Positions 49,558 through 61,586 of a stretch of DNA of 64,000 nucleotides are shown one piece after another. The notes below the pieces were generated by a model. The model made no database searches and had not been told where the DNA came from. It saw nothing but the letters and a program-made list of their open reading frames with translations. Both the position numbers and the translations under genes were made by a program. The first letter of the stretch is position 1. Each line of letters starts with the position of its first letter. The stretch is from Massalongia carnosa (taxonomy: Eukaryota), in the NCBI GenBank assembly GCA_965645245.1, contig OZ287083.1:434001-498000 (forward strand), in the 5' to 3' direction.

Positions 49558-51014
49558 AAAGAAGACGAGGGACACAAGCGGGGGACTTAAACATTATTAT
49601 ATAGGTTTTCATCCACTATTCTTTACTTTCCAAAAATAACGTCGCGGGTTTCAGCGAAGGCGTTTGTTTTGAATCTCTCATTCATCTCGCCCCCACCTCT
49701 GGGCAGTTGCGAAGTACGTTTTTTCTGGGTCTCCAAAACTTTATATCATTATATCATCATCATTCACGTTCTGCTTTTTGGGGAGTGGTCATTAGGAGTC
49801 GGACTTGGATTTGTTGGGTTTGGATGGCGCCTGGAGAGCGGAAAGGAGAAAGGGGAGGGAGGCAGTTTGAACCCAGCTCGAGTTGTCTTTGTGTTTCAAG
49901 TTTTCCTTTTTCTAAACGCGCGCGCGGGGGGGGGTTTTCTTATAAATATGTATCTTTATCATCGACTGGGGACGAGCTTCCAAAAAAAAGGATGGGATGT
50001 ACCCTTCTTTTTTTTTTGCTCGATGCTTGTTAAATTTACGCATGGGGTTGGGTTGGGCTTGGATTGTGGAGAGGAGGAATTGGAAGGGTAGATGTATGAG
50101 AAAAGGGAATGAAAGAAATATAATCAGCTGCTCTTTCTCCTTTCTTTTCTTGTTTTTCCCCTTTTTGTCTTGGGTTAACTTTGAATGTGTGTTGAGTCAA
50201 GTGGATAGGTTTTCTCTTCTTTTTCTGGAATGGTGAGGGATGGACGGTGGATGGATGGTGAGCTATGATAATTTACGTACCAGGTAAATCATTCGCGTTT
50301 GTACGTACGTATGTAAGAGAAGAAAGAAGAGAACAGACGAGACGAGAAAGAAAGAAACATCGTCGCCAAATCTTTCCATTCCCATTCCTTCTTTCTATAT
50401 ACTGGATTGATGTGACTGCCCATTTGCGTTTTAGCCCTGCCGCATGCAGAAAAGCGTCTGCTTGCCGCTTTATCACGATTTGTACCAAGCAATATCTAAA
50501 CCTCGACGTTTCCGCTTGTCGTGGTTTCAAAATCTCTCCACCCAGCTTTGCTTTTGTTGACTGTCTCATTCTATCCAACTCATCCATGCCTGCATGATGC
50601 TCCGCCACGTTTCAAATATCTTTAATTCTGCTTTGCTAGCGTCGATTGATTTTCTGCCTTTGATTGCTTGCCTGATTCATTTCGAACATGACAAGGCAGA
50701 TAATTTGTCACAAGGATAAGACTTTTTGGCTATGACCACAGTTCCAAGTGTCCCTGATCCCACCGACTTATATCCGAATTAATTATTGATGTTGTTGTTG
50801 GGGTGTACGATTGACCCATAACTATATCCAGTTCAATATTGCTTCGATTACAGCCAGTCTAATAATAGAACTCTATCAGCCTTCCTCGCGATTTATCAAC
50901 CGCTCTTTTCTTCGAATGTTGCAAATATACCCTCTAACGAAGCTACGCTGAGTGTGTTGACCTTGCTCTCGGAAAACCCGTTCTTAAGTTCTTAAAGCTG
51001 CTCTGCACTAGGGA

Positions 51015-52145
51015 ATGGCATCAATCTTCCGTCACGGTGAAAAATCGCTCTTCATATTAGGGTTCCAAGTCCTCAGTTCTGGACTACAATCACTTGCAGA
51101 TACCTGCCCACCAGCATCAGAGCTGGTATACTCTCCGTTCAGACCATATTCACGATCCGAGTACTTCACCTACACCCAAGCCACCGATAATGCCTGCTGG
51201 TGGTGGGTTATATGTCTGCTTTCAGGTGCCGATGAAGCTCGGAAGCAACAGTTCGCTGCCACCTCTCTGGTGATGGGCCTGGTTCCGCTCACGCTCAAAG
51301 ATATTGCGTGGCCAGAGCGCCGCGTTGTCTTGGTATCGCGCCACCTTCCGAAGCAAATCGAGGTGATAATACGAGCCTTAGGTCTTGTCCCTTCGATAGA
51401 CACATCTTTCTACACGGAGAAGCATGCAATTTCCTCCACGAGCCTCTACAAATGGGTCCAGAGGCTTTCCCGCAATAGCTCCATGATCTTAGTTGCCATA
51501 TGTGCCTTGGGTTTAGTACTCACATACGCTGCACTCGGGGTCATGGAGGTCTACTCGAAGCGATCCTCTCTCGGCTGCCCATACCCAATCTTTATACTAA
51601 CATGGCACATGTTTGCGATCATCCCTGCGGGCATCGAGACAGCATTTCGGCGAACTTCGAAGAACGAACTTGTTTCAGAAGCGCTATCCCAATCTACCGC
51701 TGAAGCAGCCACGTTCTCTGGGAGGTTTGACGATCGCAAAAAACGTGAGCAACCAGCTACTGCGGCCGTCGGGGAACCTTCACGTTCCCCAGACACCGCT
51801 CAGTCCGCCGAAGCAACATCTGCAAGCGAAATTCGAGATCGATTTGCAGCTGGAACCAAGCGGCTAGACCCTGCATCGGCTATTCAACAAAGACAAAGCA
51901 TTCCCCTAGAAGACACCTCACCTGTCCAAGGGCGTGGCAAACCGTGGCTCGTCCAGTTAGTGTGGGGCGTTTACTACGTTGCGGGCACGCTGGTCTACGC
52001 CTCGATCATGGCTGTGACAGTGATTGAGTTGTTTGTTTGGGTTGTGAATAGCGTCGCTGTGACTGCAGCTAGTAAACTTCTAGGATTTTTCCTTTGTCTA
52101 GCTGTTCAAAAGAGGTGGGAATTTGCGCAAACTCATCGAGGGTAA
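51015..52145 (+). CDS. Hypothetical multi-pass membrane protein (376 aa, intronless)
   Basis: Long ATG ORF with several hydrophobic segments (FAATSLVMGLVPLTL, MILVAICALGLVLTYAALGVM, IFILTWHMFAIIP, LVWGVYYVAGTLVYASIMAV, LFVWVVNSVAVTAASKLLGFFLCL). Confidence 0.8.
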   Translation: MASIFRHGEKSLFILGFQVLSSGLQSLADTCPPASELVYSPFRPYSRSEYFTYTQATDNACWWWVICLLSGADEARKQQFAATSLVMGLVPLTLKDIAWPERRVVLVSRHLPKQIEVIIRALGLVPSIDTSFYTEKHAISSTSLYKWVQRLSRNSSMILVAICALGLVLTYAALGVMEVYSKRSSLGCPYPIFILTWHMFAIIPAGIETAFRRTSKNELVSEALSQSTAEAATFSGRFDDRKKREQPATAAVGEPSRSPDTAQSAEATSASEIRDRFAAGTKRLDPASAIQQRQSIPLEDTSPVQGRGKPWLVQLVWGVYYVAGTLVYASIMAVTVIELFVWVVNSVAVTAASKLLGFFLCLAVQKRWEFAQTHRG

Positions 52146-52799
52146 TTATGTCGTAGAAGGCGGTTGATGAGGGGCGTGCTACTTCTATATCATATCTGAG
52201 CAGGATAGGTATGTATAATAGATATATACCCAAGGAGATACAAAGGCAAACGAAACTTGAGGATGAATAAATAGGGCATGCATAATTTCTTGTGTATCGA
52301 TATGCACGTCTACGAGTATGTATTAGAAGCTGCATTTTCGAAAACAACGAATGCGCGACAAGACAACGTCAAGACGAGGGTGAAAAGACCTTCCAAAATA
52401 GCGTCAATTGCCTCACTTTTCGGATGTCTTATCATCTCGATTCATGTTTTGTATATATAGCTAGCTAAATCTAATGATCAATCATCGCTTATCCATCTGG
52501 TCTTGGCGGTTATGAATCCATCAAGGCCCCTTTTTCCTTGTGTCCTGCGTTCTGTGGGGGTGCTCCCTTTGCCTTTTTTTTTTCCAAAGCAGTTATTCCT
52601 TAGGAGCTGAGAAGGGGGGTGTGGAAGGGGGAAGACTAGATTGGGGAGGAGAAGAGGAATGCCAGAATAAGTGCAGAACTTGTAGATAGAGGAGATTATT
52701 GAGGGAAGGGTTTAACTGAAGAAAAATACCTATTCATTGAAAGTTATGATATTGGGAGCGTACACTGCATAAAATCCCTCGGCCTCCTTTCCCCCTTAC

Positions 52800-54129
52800 C
52801 TAAACCACTCCACTCCCTCTCTTGCCCCCTTTCGCCCAACGCTCCAGACTAGCCTCGTACGCGCCACTGCTCTTCCACGCGCTGACAATGAAGCCGACGA
52901 TGTGATCGACGCCCTTGCCGTTCTTAACTTCGGCGAAGATGGTAGGGCCACCGTCTCTGTGAAATGTTTTGTTTTGTATTGGAAGCTGATTGGAGGAGGT
53001 AAAGGTGTTCGATGGGAAGGAGAGGGGAAGGATGAGAAAGGGGAGATTGGAAAAAAGACGAGAGTAAGGTCAGGAATTGGAGACAGGGTTCGTACCTCAT
53101 GCGTCGAGCATCTCTCTCCATAACCCCTAGGTCCGCACCGACTGCTTCAGCGAGATCGATCTACAGCGGCCGTCAGCACCTCCATTGAGAACACCTCACA
53201 AACGCCATTGTCTCCCAACCCAATCTTTATCCATTCCACCCCCACGGGGAAAAACCAAATACCTTGTTAACAATCAACAAATCGCCTCCAGTAATCCCTG
53301 GGCCACCCTTCCGAGGCACCTTATCCCCCCCCGCAACATCAATCACATACACAATGAAATCTGCCAACTCGCGGCTATAATTCGCGGCCAAATTATCGCC
53401 TCCGCTTTCGATCAGCAAAATGTCAGTGGCGAACTGGGAATGCAGAGATTGCAAGGCGTGTAGGTTTGCAGAGATGTCCTCGCGGACAGCGGCATGGGGG
53501 CAGCCGCCGGTTTCGATGGCGAGGATGCGGGATGGGGGGAGGGCGGAGTGGCGGGTCAGGAATTCGGCGTCTTCTCTGGTTTGGCGTGAAAGAGGGGTTA
53601 TTCTGGGGGAAAGAGCGTAAAGGGCAGGTGTGGTGGTGGAGAGTACCTGGTGAAGATATCATTCGTGACGGCTGCGATGCTGTATTCGTCTCGAAGGGCG
53701 AGGCATAGTTTAAGCATCAAGGCTGTTTTGCCAGATCCGACAGGTCTGCATGGGATTGGCACAATCAGCTAAACGTTCCCACATCTCCTTGGATGCCGTC
53801 GGCCACATCTCTTGGCCACACATTGAAAAAGATTTACCCAAGAGCCCCGATACAACAACTTGGAGTCTTCCTCTACCTTCCCCTCTAGCCTCCCTACAGG
53901 AAAGAAAGCCATGCAGATGACAACAAGCTTACCCACCGATACCCACCGTGAACGCCCGCTCGTTCCAGTCCCTCCCTGCCACTATAGGCATTTCTCGCCT
54001 AGCGTAGGAGCCAGGACTATTTAAAATCTCATGCGAGTGGCCATGCTCAGTAGCATTAAACTCGTGGGAACGAGCATGAGGACCAAGGGCGTCGTGGCTA
54101 TGAGCCGGAAGGGAGCTTGCTGGCGCCAT
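52800..54129 (-). CDS. ureG: Urease accessory GTPase UreG
   Basis: His-rich N-terminus, then [82 protein letters not shown]. Stop TAG at 52800-52802. Confidence 0.96.
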
Positions 54130-54477
54130 GGGAACGTCCTATTTGCTGCGATTCTTCCGTGAGCTTGGGATCTTAAGTCTCAACGTGCAGGAGGATTAAT
54201 GGAAACGGGAGATCATCGCGGGGTTGGAACAATCATCTCGCGTGAACGTAAGGGTTTAGGGGTTGATATTTCACTTGAACAAAATGATCATATTGAAAAG
54301 AAGTGAGTTTGATAAGATATAGTAGAACAAGAAAGCCAGCCTCCTGTCCTGGGCTCCCTTAGCCCCCTTCCCCCGGTCTATTTACATAAAAAAACGAAGA
54401 CACAAAAACAAGAAAAGGAAAGAGAAAATCAAAATAGAGTAAACCAAGCCCCCCTCCTCTCTCCTCCCTCAACCCTC

Positions 54478-57400
54478 CTACACAACCACATCATCCTCCC
54501 CCGCCCCCCACCCAACCCACCCTGGCCCCAACTCCGGGCTCGTCCCCTCCACCTCCCCTCCAAACCCCTCTCCTTTCACCCGATCGCTCCAGTGCCCGGC
54601 AGCAGCATGCTGCTGCTGCCAGGCACGGAGGATCCAGTACCTCGCCTCATACATGGCGAGGTACCCCCCCATTCCACTCTCGTGGAATTCCCGCCCGAAG
54701 CGGCGCCAAAGCCCCCGGCAAGCAGGTAGGTGAAGGGCCGCCGCCAGGCCCTTCCCAACCCACTCGCACTCGCACACCAGGTCCTCCTCCACCCTCGACG
54801 CGTCGAGGCCGAATTCCTCCCAGAACTGCTTCTTGAGGGCATAACTAGTGCCCACACTCCAGCTGTGCTTCAGCTGGAGGCATTGTCGAAGCAGTCGGTA
54901 TAGGAATCCGACCATCACCTTGTTGCGCTGATCGAACAGCGCAAAATTCAAAAGCCGCTCCACGCGGCGTTCCATCTCCTCCCCCCGGGGGTCCTCCTTC
55001 GTCCACACCAGCACGGTTGGTTCTTCGGTCACAAAGTCGAAAAGCGTGTACCGCCCGTAGTTCAACATTGCGTGCGCCCCTTGGCGATAAAGAGCATAGC
55101 TCTTTACCCCTTGGCTATCCCGGATTGCGGGACAGATGCGGGCGAACCGGGCTGGTGCCGTGGTATGATCTACCACGCGTCTGAGGACCAAGTCCCGGTG
55201 TCCGCACTCCCGCCAGTGCTCCTGAAGATCTGCCACCATGTGCGCCACCGAACAGTAGCGGATGATGGTCTTTGGACCACACCCAAGGCAGATGACAGTT
55301 GCCGGGTTGTGATCAGCTACCTTCGTTCGGCAGCTGAGCAGGCGGCAGTCCAGGAGATTGCGGTCATGGCGCCACACGTTGAGCCCCATGGATTCGGTAG
55401 CTTGGTACTCAACGAGTCTGGTGGCGGGGAGCATGTCTGGATGGGTGAATTCGGCTCGTAGGTCGGTCCAAGGCTGCGTGTGCGTGTTGATATAGAGGAC
55501 TTGGCCATCGAATTCGGCCGTTGGGACGTTGATTGTATCTCCGAGTGTGTCGATCACTACCGGAGCCTGCTCGATTCCAAGGCCATAACTCCTCCACACG
55601 TAAGGTTGCCAGCAGAAATGGTCGACCACCTTCTCGAACAGCCAAATACCGTGAGAAAGTAGAATGTTGTCAGCAAGTGTATGTGTAGCGTACGCCCACT
55701 TCAGCCCCATAACGCCGCTAACAGGCTCCGTTGAAGAAAGTGTAAGGGCGTTCTCAGCGTCGCCATCAGTAGTTTCGCCTTCACTCGATCGGTCGGTGAA
55801 TTCTTCACTTGAATCACTCGTGAATTCTTCGGCAGAGCTAGCGACACTTTCTTCTCCGGTATTTTGGATGCCTTTCTGAAGTTCTTCATTTGTAGATTGA
55901 GCAATAGAACTATCGATAGAATGAGCGATAGGGTTGTCAGAGATATCAGTAAGCGAACCGGTAGCAAGATCGATGATTGAGTTGCCAGGGATTAAAGCCG
56001 CTGACTCGATAGGAAGACGTATATTTGAGCTGTTAGAGAGATTAGTAGTTGGATCTGTAGGCAGAGCAATAGTCAAGTTGCTAAGACGATCGCTAACGGA
56101 GCTGATGGATTGAATAGCAGTCGAGTGGTGAGAGAGATCAGTAGCAGAGTCGATAGGAAGAATAACAGTCAAATCGCTGATACGATCATTGACGGAATCA
56201 GTAAACTGAGTGCGAGCTGAGATGATAGAAGGAATAGCCAAGTCATTGACTTCATTATTGACGGAGACGGTAGTGAGAGTAGTAGCCAAGCCGCCAGGAT
56301 GGTTATTGGCCAGAGCAATAGTCGATTCGTCAGTAAGATGAGTAGATGAATCAAGTGGAAGCGAAAAGGCTAAGTCTTCAGGAATATCGGTTGCTGGATT
56401 AATAGAAGTAGAAACATTTAAGTCGCTAGGAATATGGGATGTCGAAGCGGTGAGATGCATAGTGGTCGAGTTGCCAAGACGATCATCAGTATGAAGAGTT
56501 GAATCATCCGAGAGTGTAGAAGCTGAATTGATAGGAAGATCAATCTTTAGGTTGCCAAGACGATCTTCAACGAAGTTGGCAGGAACAGTAGAAGCCATGA
56601 GATGGGGCACATCATCAGCGTAATTAGTAAGAGGATCAGAAGCTAAGCCATAAGGAAGATCAGGAACCATAAGAACTTTATCTGACTCAGAGGACGCAGC
56701 CGGAGTGTCTGGATTGGCGATGGTAGTATCTGGAGGAACACTGGATAAAGCTAATTCTACTGTCGCTGTAGCTCTCTTCGCTCGCTTTTTCTCTTTCCTA
56801 CGTTGATTCTTCAGGTTTTTCTTTGATGGCCCTGCTTTTAATGCGTCTAAGCTTGACTGATCATGTGTGCTGTCATCGGTAAGGTTCGGCAAGACCCAGG
56901 CAGCATCTGTCGCAGTTGTGTTTACCATCGATTGATGAGTGTTGCTGTCGGTAGTAGGGCTTGATATATTTCGCGCTGCGTCTGGCTCGGGTGCGCTCAT
57001 GACAGATTGATAAATAGTAGCATCATCACTAGGATTCGATAGGTTTTGCGTAGTGTCTATCTCGGGTTTGCTTACGATAGATTGATGAATACTGTTGCCA
57101 CTGATTGAATCCAAACGGTTCTGCGCTGCGGCTGTCTCACTAATGTTTCCAACAGGTTGGTGAATGCTACTGTTGCCAGCAGGATAATGCAGGCTTTGCC
57201 GCGCATCTGCCTCTATGATGTTCGCAATAGCTTCAGCAGGATGAGGTGATGTAACAAGATTATGGAATAGTGCGCCATCAATTTTGCCTTGGTTAATGAG
57301 GATACTTAGCTTCTCCAGTTCAAATGAGTTGAGGTTTCCAAGGCCACCATGATGCTCGATAATTATCCGTGCACGGTCGATAGTGGCTCGTCGAACCCTC

Positions 57401-58037
57401 TCAAGGACAATCGGTAACCACCAGGCTCGCGTTTCATTTGTGCCCATAATCTCGTTGACTTGGTTAAGTATGACTTTGGTTTGTGCCTGATCTTGTTAGT
57501 ACGATATTGGAATGTCCATGGTGATGGTGATCTTACTTTTCGACGTAAAATACGTAGCTTTGTCGCCTTCACAAGCTCATAAGCGTAAAGAATCTTCTAA
57601 TGTGAGTGTTGTGAAGCTTTGGAGGGGTGTTTATAATACGTACGGGATAGTCAGTTTTAAGATCACGGACATACGCCAGATAACGAGTAGAAATACGCAG
57701 GTTGTGGAACTCAAGTTGGAACTCCAGATGGAGTGGTAGAAAGCTTCGCTTCCAAGATACTGAACAGTCTCCAATATCCACGGAGCCGACGTTACGACAA
57801 CGAAGCTCAAGAAACTTGACAATGAGAGATTTAATCTTGTGTGGATTTCGACGAACGTAGTTATTGCATCGAAGTGTATCACGAGCTACATCAGCTTTGA
57901 GACTGTAAAGCAATAGGTCTTGTTCTGATGGATTTGTTTTCGCTGTGAACTCGTTAGAAGTGAAATCCGGCTGGGCCAGGGTAAGTTTTGGCACACAGAC
58001 CGCCCTCACTAGTGGCAATAGCTTCAGTTTGCTCCAT
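54478..58037 (-). CDS. Large hypothetical protein (>1100 aa) with internal tandem repeats and a C-terminal MYND-like zinc finger
   Basis: ATG 58037 and three canonical 5' introns (GTGAGG..CTAAC..CAG; GTACGT..TAG; GTAAGA..CTAAC..CAG) join the 57569-58018 and 57363-57572 frames to the 989-aa ORF. The Cys/His motif CRLLSC...CLGC...YCSVAH...HWREC resembles zf-MYND. Confidence 0.75.
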
Positions 58038-59580
58038 TTCTATTGTCCTGAACCTATACCCAACCTGATTTTGATGAAACTTGCTGCGTTGGGGTCGTGT
58101 GGTTGATGCAATCGATGCTGTGGATGATTGTGAATTAAATCGCTGTTTGTGGGTTTAACAAAGGACTATCTACTAACCGAGCTCACAGGGCGAGGCGATC
58201 GGCCATTTGAAAATCCTAGAGGGCGCCGAAACGGATCAACATTGCTCCATGTTCAGATTTCTCTCTTCACAGCAAACGACGTTGACATGAATGGCCCACA
58301 GATTTGTTCAGGTGCTGACAGCCAGCCAAAGTGCATTACCAAATGCCAGTCATGGGACAGCTTTCAGGTCACAAACACTAGAGTCGGTACAATCATCGCT
58401 TTGAATCATTGGGTAGGGGCGTGCAGTTGAAACCCGGTCAGGGGGGAATTGAAAGACGTAGCATTGGCCTGTGTTCATTATGGGAGGATGCCATGCCAAC
58501 ATACTCAGCCAACCTAGACAATATGCATACCGATCTCGCAAGTTTTATCCATCGGTTTCCAGACCAAGGCCAACTCGATAAGATACTGTGTTTCAAAATG
58601 AGTGGACTAGGGGCGCGATCTGAGGATCAGACCCATTTTATCCTAGTAATTAGAACCAGCACCTAGCGAGCATCATTGATTTTGACGTGGTTCTTTCTCG
58701 AAAACAGCGCTGATAGTCTTTAGTATAACATGAAGAGACTTGCTCCTTTAACCCCCTGTTCAAACTTCTGGGGAAGGTTGAATTGAAAAACCACTCTTGA
58801 TCATGGAAGACAAAAACATACAACATCTAAAAACTTTAATGAAACAAAGTATGAGGAGAATTTGGGCTGACTGCTTTGACTGCACCCATTTTCAGTTGAA
58901 AAGGGCAACCCTTAGCAAATGGCCTGCTCAAATTTTTAATGAATCAAGGGCTAATAAGAAAAGCTGGGTTTTGACGATTAATACCCGCAACACAAAGGGG
59001 AATAGAAGGTCACTCTTCAGAGGAGAGAGTGAGGCCAGGAAAATGCGGGAACTCTTAGGAATCTTTACAGTCAAGCTTTTAATCTGGATTACTAATAACT
59101 TTAGAGACAGAATAAAGATGTGTGTAGCAATGGCTACTTAATTATGGGACTATTTGGGGTTTGGAGGGTTATCCAGTTAGTTACTTGTGGTGGATTTGCG
59201 CCTTTTCGGTTGTGAAGTTGTGAAGACGATTCCTTTCATGACCTGACGTTGAAGATCTGTATCCCCGTCGAGGAGCGTTACCAAATATCGTTAAACTTAA
59301 GTTAACATAGCAAAGCTTTGAACTGTAAGTACGCACGTGGCACGTAGCTTAATCTGGTATTCTCTATCTACTACCCGGTAGAAATAACATATCACCGAAA
59401 GAATATCCGGCGCGAATATCAGAACAATGGAAAACCCCAAAAACGGTCATATTCATCCATTCTGAACAGGTTTTGATTAACCACCGATGTGATGTTAAAA
59501 GCCCTCCCTTAAATAGCTATCTGCGTCTCGCAAGAACAAATCATCATTCCTTCCTTTGGCAGATCGGTAATAAAAGCAGC

Positions 59581-61586
59581 ATGGCAGAGCAACCGAATAT
59601 CTCACAGATCCTAGCAGCTTTGGGTAGAAGTCGTCCTCAGTCGATTTAAAGAAAACTAGTTACTGATTCAATGGCATGACAGCTGCTCAGCGCCCTGGCG
59701 GAACGCCCGGGCAAGGTCAGTCCACAGTGCAACAACAGCAACAGCAACAGCAACAGCAACAATCTCCCCATGGATATCCTGGCACCTATTCGACTGCAGC
59801 CCCTCCAGCTGGTGCTGGGTATACCATCCCTCCACCAAATCATTCAGGAAGCCTTGATCTAAGCAACATTAAACCCATTCATTCAGGGTCAGTTAGCCTT
59901 GCTGATGCAATTGCAAGAGCGCGCGGTATCGCAGCAGAGAAAGGTGTTTCGTATGATGCGAGCCGAGGAAGTGGCAGTAGGTACCCTTTCTCATGTCCCA
60001 GCATGTGCTTATACCACCTATCACCATCGCTCGTGTTCTGATCGAATAGCTCCAAATCGCGACAATGACCCTAGACTGGCCGGTCGCTCATATCGGCGTT
60101 CACGGTCACGATCAAGGTCTCCTCCTCGTATCGGTCGTGACAATTTTCGAGATAACTACAACCCATATCGAGATGAACGCCGCGATGATCCTCGACGTAC
60201 CAACGGCCCCAGTTTTTCCCGCGATAGATCGTTCTCTCCCGGAGTAAGAGGTCGTACTTCCGGCTCCAAATTTTCTCCGCCCCCTGGAAGAAGCTTTGAA
60301 AGATCGCCCCCTGGGCGTCGTACTGGTGATGATAACGTCGAGACTATTGTCATCGAGTCGGGATTGGTTGGTCTCATCATCGGGCGTCAAGGCGAAAACC
60401 TTCGGCGCGTCGAAGCTGAGACAGCAACAAGGGTCCAATTCATGACTGGTCCTGAAGCAAGTGGGCCAATGCGCCAGTGCAAGATTACTGGAACCCGTCA
60501 GGCGCGAGAAGATGCAAAGACAGAAATATACCGTATTATTGATGAAAATGGCAACAGCACATCTACCCGGGCCGCTAATTCTAGTCAATCCTTTACTGGA
60601 GGCGCGAAAGCATCTAGCGCTCATCAGCCAGCATTGCGCGCCGGAGAAGACGCTACGCAGATCATGGTACCTAACCGTACTGTTGGTCTGATCATAGGGC
60701 GAGGGGGGGAGACAATCAGAGATTTACAGGAGCGGAGTCAATGCCATGTCAATATTGTTGGAGAGGAGAAAAGCGTTAATGGCCTGCGGCCAGTCAACCT
60801 GATTGGGACACCTCAAGCTGCTGCGATGGCCAAGGATTTAATCATGGAGATTGTTGAGAGCGACACAAAGAGCCTTGCAAACCAAGGCGGTGGTGGACGC
60901 GACGGAAGCCGAGGAGTGGGTGCTGGAGGCTTTGGGGGAGGCGATGGATTTGGTGGCGAAAAAATAAGTGATACCATTACTGTCCCATCTGAAGCAGTAG
61001 GTATGATCATTGGCAAAGGTTGGTTTCTTAGTGTACACGCCCTTGCAGATCCAGCATGCTAAATCTATTCTGCAGGTGGCGAGACCATCAAGGACATGCA
61101 AGCAACCACCGGATGCAAAATCAACGTTTCACCTGCTAGTGGACAAGACTTCCAACGAGAGATTGGGTTGGTGGGAACTCGAGGATCAATCGAACAGGCA
61201 AAACGCGCCATCACGGACAAGGTTAATGCAGTTGTAAGTTTTAACACTTTCCAAAGCTCCAAAGGCGAGTTTTGCTAATTCGGGCGCAGGAGGAGAAGAA
61301 TCGTCCGGGTGGAGGAGCGCATCGTGATGACCAGTACAATGATCGATACTCACATACACAGCAGCAGTCGCAGCAGCAGCAGCCATATGGCCAACAGAAT
61401 GCACAGTCATCCCAAACCCCAACAGGCGGTAATGGCGACGTTGCCGCCGTCGACCCTTATGCTGCATATGGTGGTTATCAAGCCTATGTTGCCATGTGGT
61501 ATTCCAGCCTGCAAGCCCAGCAGGGCCAACAACAAGCATCGCAAGATCAAGGCCCGCCAGGTGAGCAGAGGCCGCCCGGCTCGTGA
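59581..61586 (+). CDS. KH-domain RNA-binding protein (three KH domains, FUBP-like)
   Basis: GxxG loops VGLIIGRQGENLR, VGLIIGRGGETIR and VGMIIGKG|GETIK, an RS-rich region, and C-terminal DPYAAYGGYQAYVAMWY. Four introns. Confidence 0.93.
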
